Assembly: GCF_902713615.1 (NCBI RefSeq)
Contig: NC_052152.1
Location: 95,372,053 to 95,436,052, forward strand
Length of the DNA: 64,000 nucleotides
Direction: 5' to 3'
Origin: Scyliorhinus canicula
Taxonomy: Eukaryota
The notes beneath the pieces were generated by a model. That model had not been told where the DNA came from. It ran no database searches and saw only the letters and a program-made list of their open reading frames with translations. The stretch's first letter is position 1. Each line of letters starts with the position of its first letter. This document shows positions 59,572 through 64,000 of the stretch, one piece after another. The position numbers and the translations under genes are program-made.

Positions 59572-60840
59572 TGTATGTACTTCCTTTAATGCACTAAAAA
59601 AAGCTCAAGGTGCCTCATCGGAGCGTAATCAGATAACATTTTAGACATAGTCATCTAGGGAACTTGACCAAACATTTGGCCCAAGGAGGAAGTTTTTAAA
59701 AGGAGGAAGAGATTGCAAAGACAAATATTTGGAGGGAATCTTAGAGCTTAAACAACTGAAGACATGTCCGCCAATGCAGAAATGATTAATATTGAGGGTG
59801 CGCAAGAACCAAAATTGAAGAAAGGCAGGGAGCTCAGGGCAGATTTGCCCTGTTATGCAAAACACCCTGAAGAATCTGGAAATGGAGGAAATATCCAGCA
59901 ACAGAGTTTCCCGTGGTAGTTACTGATTCAATAATCACTTTGAGACACAACATTATTCCACAGCCCATAGCTAGATTATAGTTTACAGCAATCCTACCAC
60001 CAATTCTCCGTCAGCAAACTTGAAGCTTTAAAACATAACTTGTGTGGTACATTTGAGCTAACTGTTGGAAATGCTTTTTGAAGTAAATGCCTCGAATCTC
60101 TTTCAGAATAACGAGCTGCCTAAATGATCAATGGGTAATTAGTTTTGTTGGCTTTTCTCAGTTCCTAGCGCTCTCGCCTCGTCGGAAGAATAAAGGTGCA
60201 GATTCACGACTCGCTCAAGGGCACACTCTCGGCTGACATTTGGGCATAGCGAGGGAACATTGAAGAGGTCAAGTCGAGGTTCTGTCTGCCAGTCCAGCCA
60301 AACACCAGAGAGCTGTGTCAGGAAAACAGTAGGTTCAGTGATGTGGAAAGCTGAAAAGCTTTCTTCATCGAGCTTCTCTGGTTGTACTATATGATTCTCT
60401 GAGATCATAGCATAAAAGCATATTGCTGCTGCACTATAATTAGATTACTTGCAGTAAATCAGAGAATCTAAAAAAATTAAGTGTGATGAATTTTTGTCCA
60501 ATTACCATGAACAGAGAAATTATCAACTGTCATCAATTAAAGTAATGCTGGTAGTTAAAAAGTAATTAAGTTAAAGTGGCAATAAATTAAGTTATTAGTA
60601 ATTGAAGGAGAGGAATACAATTTTATAAATTATTCTTTCCCTTGTTTCTAAAGAGATTAACATTGATGGGATCATTTGTGGTGATTGTCCCTTTAAGGGC
60701 AACACAGCAGAAGCGGGTCACCGGTCTTGAGGGACCAATTGGGACCTGAGTGAGTAATCAACCCAGGCAGCAGAGTGCTCTCTTGAGCAGATGATATCCG
60801 GAGGACGTGTACGGACTGGGGTTGCTGGCCTCAGCACAGT

Positions 60841-61022
60841 TTTTCTTTCTTTTGTAAATTTAGAGTACCCTATTTTTTCTCAATTAAGGGGCAATTTAGC
60901 AATCCACATACCCTGCACATCTTTGGGTTGTGGGGGTGAGACCCATGCAGACACGGGGAGAATGTGCAAACTCCACACGGACAGTGACCCAGAGCCAGGA
61001 TCGAACCTGGGATCTCGGCGCC
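60841..61022 (-). mobile_element. short V-SINE-like SINE
   Basis: Resembles the reverse complement of 29632-29855. Confidence 0.8.
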
Positions 61023-61674
61023 GTTCCATTCTGTTTTTCTTATTAATAAATACCTTTCGTGTTTCTAAAGAAGTCTGGGAGCATGCATTCCATTGCAATT
61101 TATGGCTTTTTAATTTCAATAATAATATATTTGGATAGTTCATATGAAAAAAAGTATTAAATACTATTACTCATTACTTATTACTCATTACTACTACTCA
61201 ATAACTATGTCCAAGAAGAAATTAATTCTGTCATTAAAATAATTGGGAATCAGTTTGAGTACAACTAGGTCAGAATGAAAATGGGTTTTAGAACATAGAA
61301 CATTACAGCGCAGTACGGGCCCTTCGGCCCTCGATGTTGCGCCGACCTGTGAAACCATCTGAAGCCTATCTGACCTACACTATTCCATATTCATCCATAA
61401 TAGAACATAGAACATAGAATTTATCAGGGAATGGATTCTCCGGTCCCCCAGACGCGTGCTTTGCGGCAGCACACCATTCGCTGGTGGCGGGATTCTCTAC
61501 TCCTGTCGCTTGCCAATAGGATTTCCCATAGAAGCCACTCCATGCCGATGCGGTAGGGATGTGCTGTTGGAGGGAACAGAGAATTCCTGCCAGTTTTCTA
61601 TCAGTTGCACTCACTCCTCATTTATGACGAAGGGTTGTGGGTTTAATTCATTCAAGAATTCAGCACAAAAGCCA

Positions 61675-61921
61675 GGGCAGCACTGTGGCACAATGGTTAG
61701 CACTGCTGCCTCAGGTTCAATCCAAGCCCTGGGTCACTGTCATGGAATCATAGAATTTACAGTGCAGAAGGAGGCCATTCGGCCTATCCATGTAGAGTTT
61801 GCACATTCTCCCCGTGTTTGGGTGGGTTTCAACCCCACAACCCAAGATGCGCAGGGCAGGTGGATTGGCCACACTAAATTGCAATAATGAATTGGGTACT
61901 CTAAATTTATATTTTTTTTAA
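61675..61921 (+). mobile_element. short V-SINE-like SINE with TSD, containing an inverted SINE/CR1 tail piece
   Basis: Flanked by AATTCAGCACAAAAGC(C/T)AGG on both sides. Confidence 0.8.
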
Positions 61922-64000
61922 AATTCAGCACAAAAGCTAGGCTCGCACGTGAATGCAGTGAGGGAACATGGGACCGATCAAGGTCCGGGTTCTTTGATCT
62001 GAGTTTGCCCCGCTGCCTGGGAGAACAGAGAATTTGGCGCCCAGCCAAAACTCCATTCACTGCTGCGGGACCGGAGAATCCCACCAGAATGAACGGATGG
62101 AGAATTCCGACCCAAGCGGAGACCGCTACCTGCACCAAGTCCCATTCACTCATCTCCTCTGTCTTCACTGAACCTGCATTGCTTCCTGCTTAAATAATGC
62201 CACGATTTTCAGGTCCTCACCTTTGTTTTCAAATTCCTTCATGGCTTCCATCACCCCATCCTCCCTCAAGATATTTGTGCTCCTCATGGCATGTTTGAAC
62301 CTTTACTTTGTTTAGCTTGAACTGAACTGCTTGTTTAGATGGTTGTCAAAATTTGTGTTGAACTTTGTCAACAACGTTAGTTAGTTAAAGCCTTCCGAGC
62401 ATTCCTTTAATAGGTTAGAAGGTGTGCTCTGTGGAGGAGGTACTTATTCATAGGCAACAGCGAGTTTCCCACAATGGGAGTAAGCTGATAGAGGAGATCA
62501 TTTCACTTCTTCCGAGCTTTCTGAATTTACAAGCGTCCACTTTATCAAGGCTCTAGCGAGCACATGTCCCAGGGAAGCACCCCTCCAAGAGTCATTTGTG
62601 AATATCCTTGGTAAAAATAAAGTTAGAATTTCACTACTAAGTGCACTGAGCAAATCTTTTGCCTTCTCATTTTAAAGTAAGGAGAAGATAAATCTCATCT
62701 AAGAGTCTTTCAAGAAAATGAATCTTCCAGTAAGGTATCAATTTTTGAGAGATCATTGTGTCCACTTCTGATATACCACTACTGTTACATTTTATATAGG
62801 TTATTCAAGCACCACTTCGATTCATCTCATTGTGTTCCATATTCTATTTTGAAACCATTACATTTTATTTCATATAGTGGTTGTGTTCTCAATTCAGTTG
62901 GAATCGGAGGCAGACAAGGTAGCACGATCACATTCTACACACAGATTGGAAACATAATCCTCGATTATAGAGCAGTGACAGTTGAGTGCCAGGTAAAACA
63001 TTGCCTACCATAGCCAGCGGTTAGTTGTCCTTTTATTCTGAAATCAACAGAACTAACAGCTTGGTGTAAACAGATAGAAAAGAAGAGTTAATAAATAGTC
63101 CAACTTATACAGTTGTCGTTATATGCAACCTGTACCTATGGTGATGATCCAACCTTCATTAAAGTGTTTTTAATTACAAATCTCCCTCAGCATTGCTCAC
63201 TGTAGGTCAGATAATGGTTTGCGACAATGGGAGTGTTATACATCATGACTAGAATTTTACCAGCCCTTTGCAGATGGTTTGGGAGGCGCGAGTGTTGGTA
63301 AATTAACAGGGGAAGGAGTCGGCCCAATGTGTTCCCACTGCTAGGGGTTATTTCCAGTGGTGGGAATGGCGCCAGTTCAATAGCCCTACCGATCAGAGAC
63401 AGCTGGCCAATTAATTGGATTGTTTCAGAGGATATTGAGGACCACTGATAGTGGACATAATCAAGTTCTATGTCCTATTAATGGCCATTTTACCAGAACA
63501 TCAACATTTTACTGGCATTGGAATGGAGTGGGGAGACTGGCAGTACTACATTGAGGTGGCTCTCGGTGACTTTCTGCCAAGGGCCTTCCCATCTAGAGGC
63601 TCCATGTCCCAATTAGGCCTCTCCAGGAGGTAATGGCCACTCTGTGGTTCCAATGCTGCAATTGGCAGTTTTGCCTCTCTAATCGCCAGGAACGGACTGC
63701 CTAGGCCCTGGAACACATCAACTCTTCATTTGATTCTACAGTCAAACAAGCTGCCAGAGCTCACGGTTAGGGAATCCATCACTACAGTGCAGAAGAAGGC
63801 CATTGAAGGGGGTGTCCAGCGATGAGATCTCTTAAAACTGAATAGCTAGGATGACGTCACTAGAGTAATTTTACTAAATTAGTTTATTAAGGATTGAGAT
63901 TAATTATAGAAAGTGTCCTGGGTAATTATTATTATTATTAACCATTAAACCTGCGTTTTAGGACATAGGAGTGATAATCATGTAAACTCTAGCTACAAGC

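Noticed and set aside
60677-61095. Possible solo LTR (TGTGGTG..GTCCCTTTAAG), with similar starts near 30443 and 56705 (-)
   Set aside because: Could not define both ends or a TSD.

Overview
Eukaryotic, repeat-dominated window with no recognisable host protein-coding exon. The repeat set (HE1/V-SINE-like and Deu-domain SINEs, CR1, L2, Rex1/Babar, L1/Tx1, Penelope, Gypsy, Harbinger) points to a cartilaginous fish such as a shark, probably intronic or intergenic DNA. Main contents: (1) 1-5138 is the 3' half of a retrovirus-like provirus (tether + RNase H + integrase, ~0.9 kb LTR). It has no env. An intact 118-aa single-pass membrane-protein ORF sits in the env position, and two related LTRs occur at 16434 and 23934-24923. 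(2) 7611-11143 is a degenerate Gypsy element with a YLDN RT motif and no tRNA primer site; its leader can base-pair with the LTR poly(A) signal. (3) 29-49 kb is a dense nest of Gypsy, Penelope, L1 and Harbinger elements. It includes a near-complete two-gene Harbinger transposon (43743-48561: transposase plus convergent spliced Myb/SANT gene) and several derivatives/MITEs. (4) There are Penelope-type minimal hammerhead ribozyme motifs, many SINE/LINE fragments and a 521-N assembly gap. All family assignments come from motif recognition by eye, and boundaries without a TSD are approximate.
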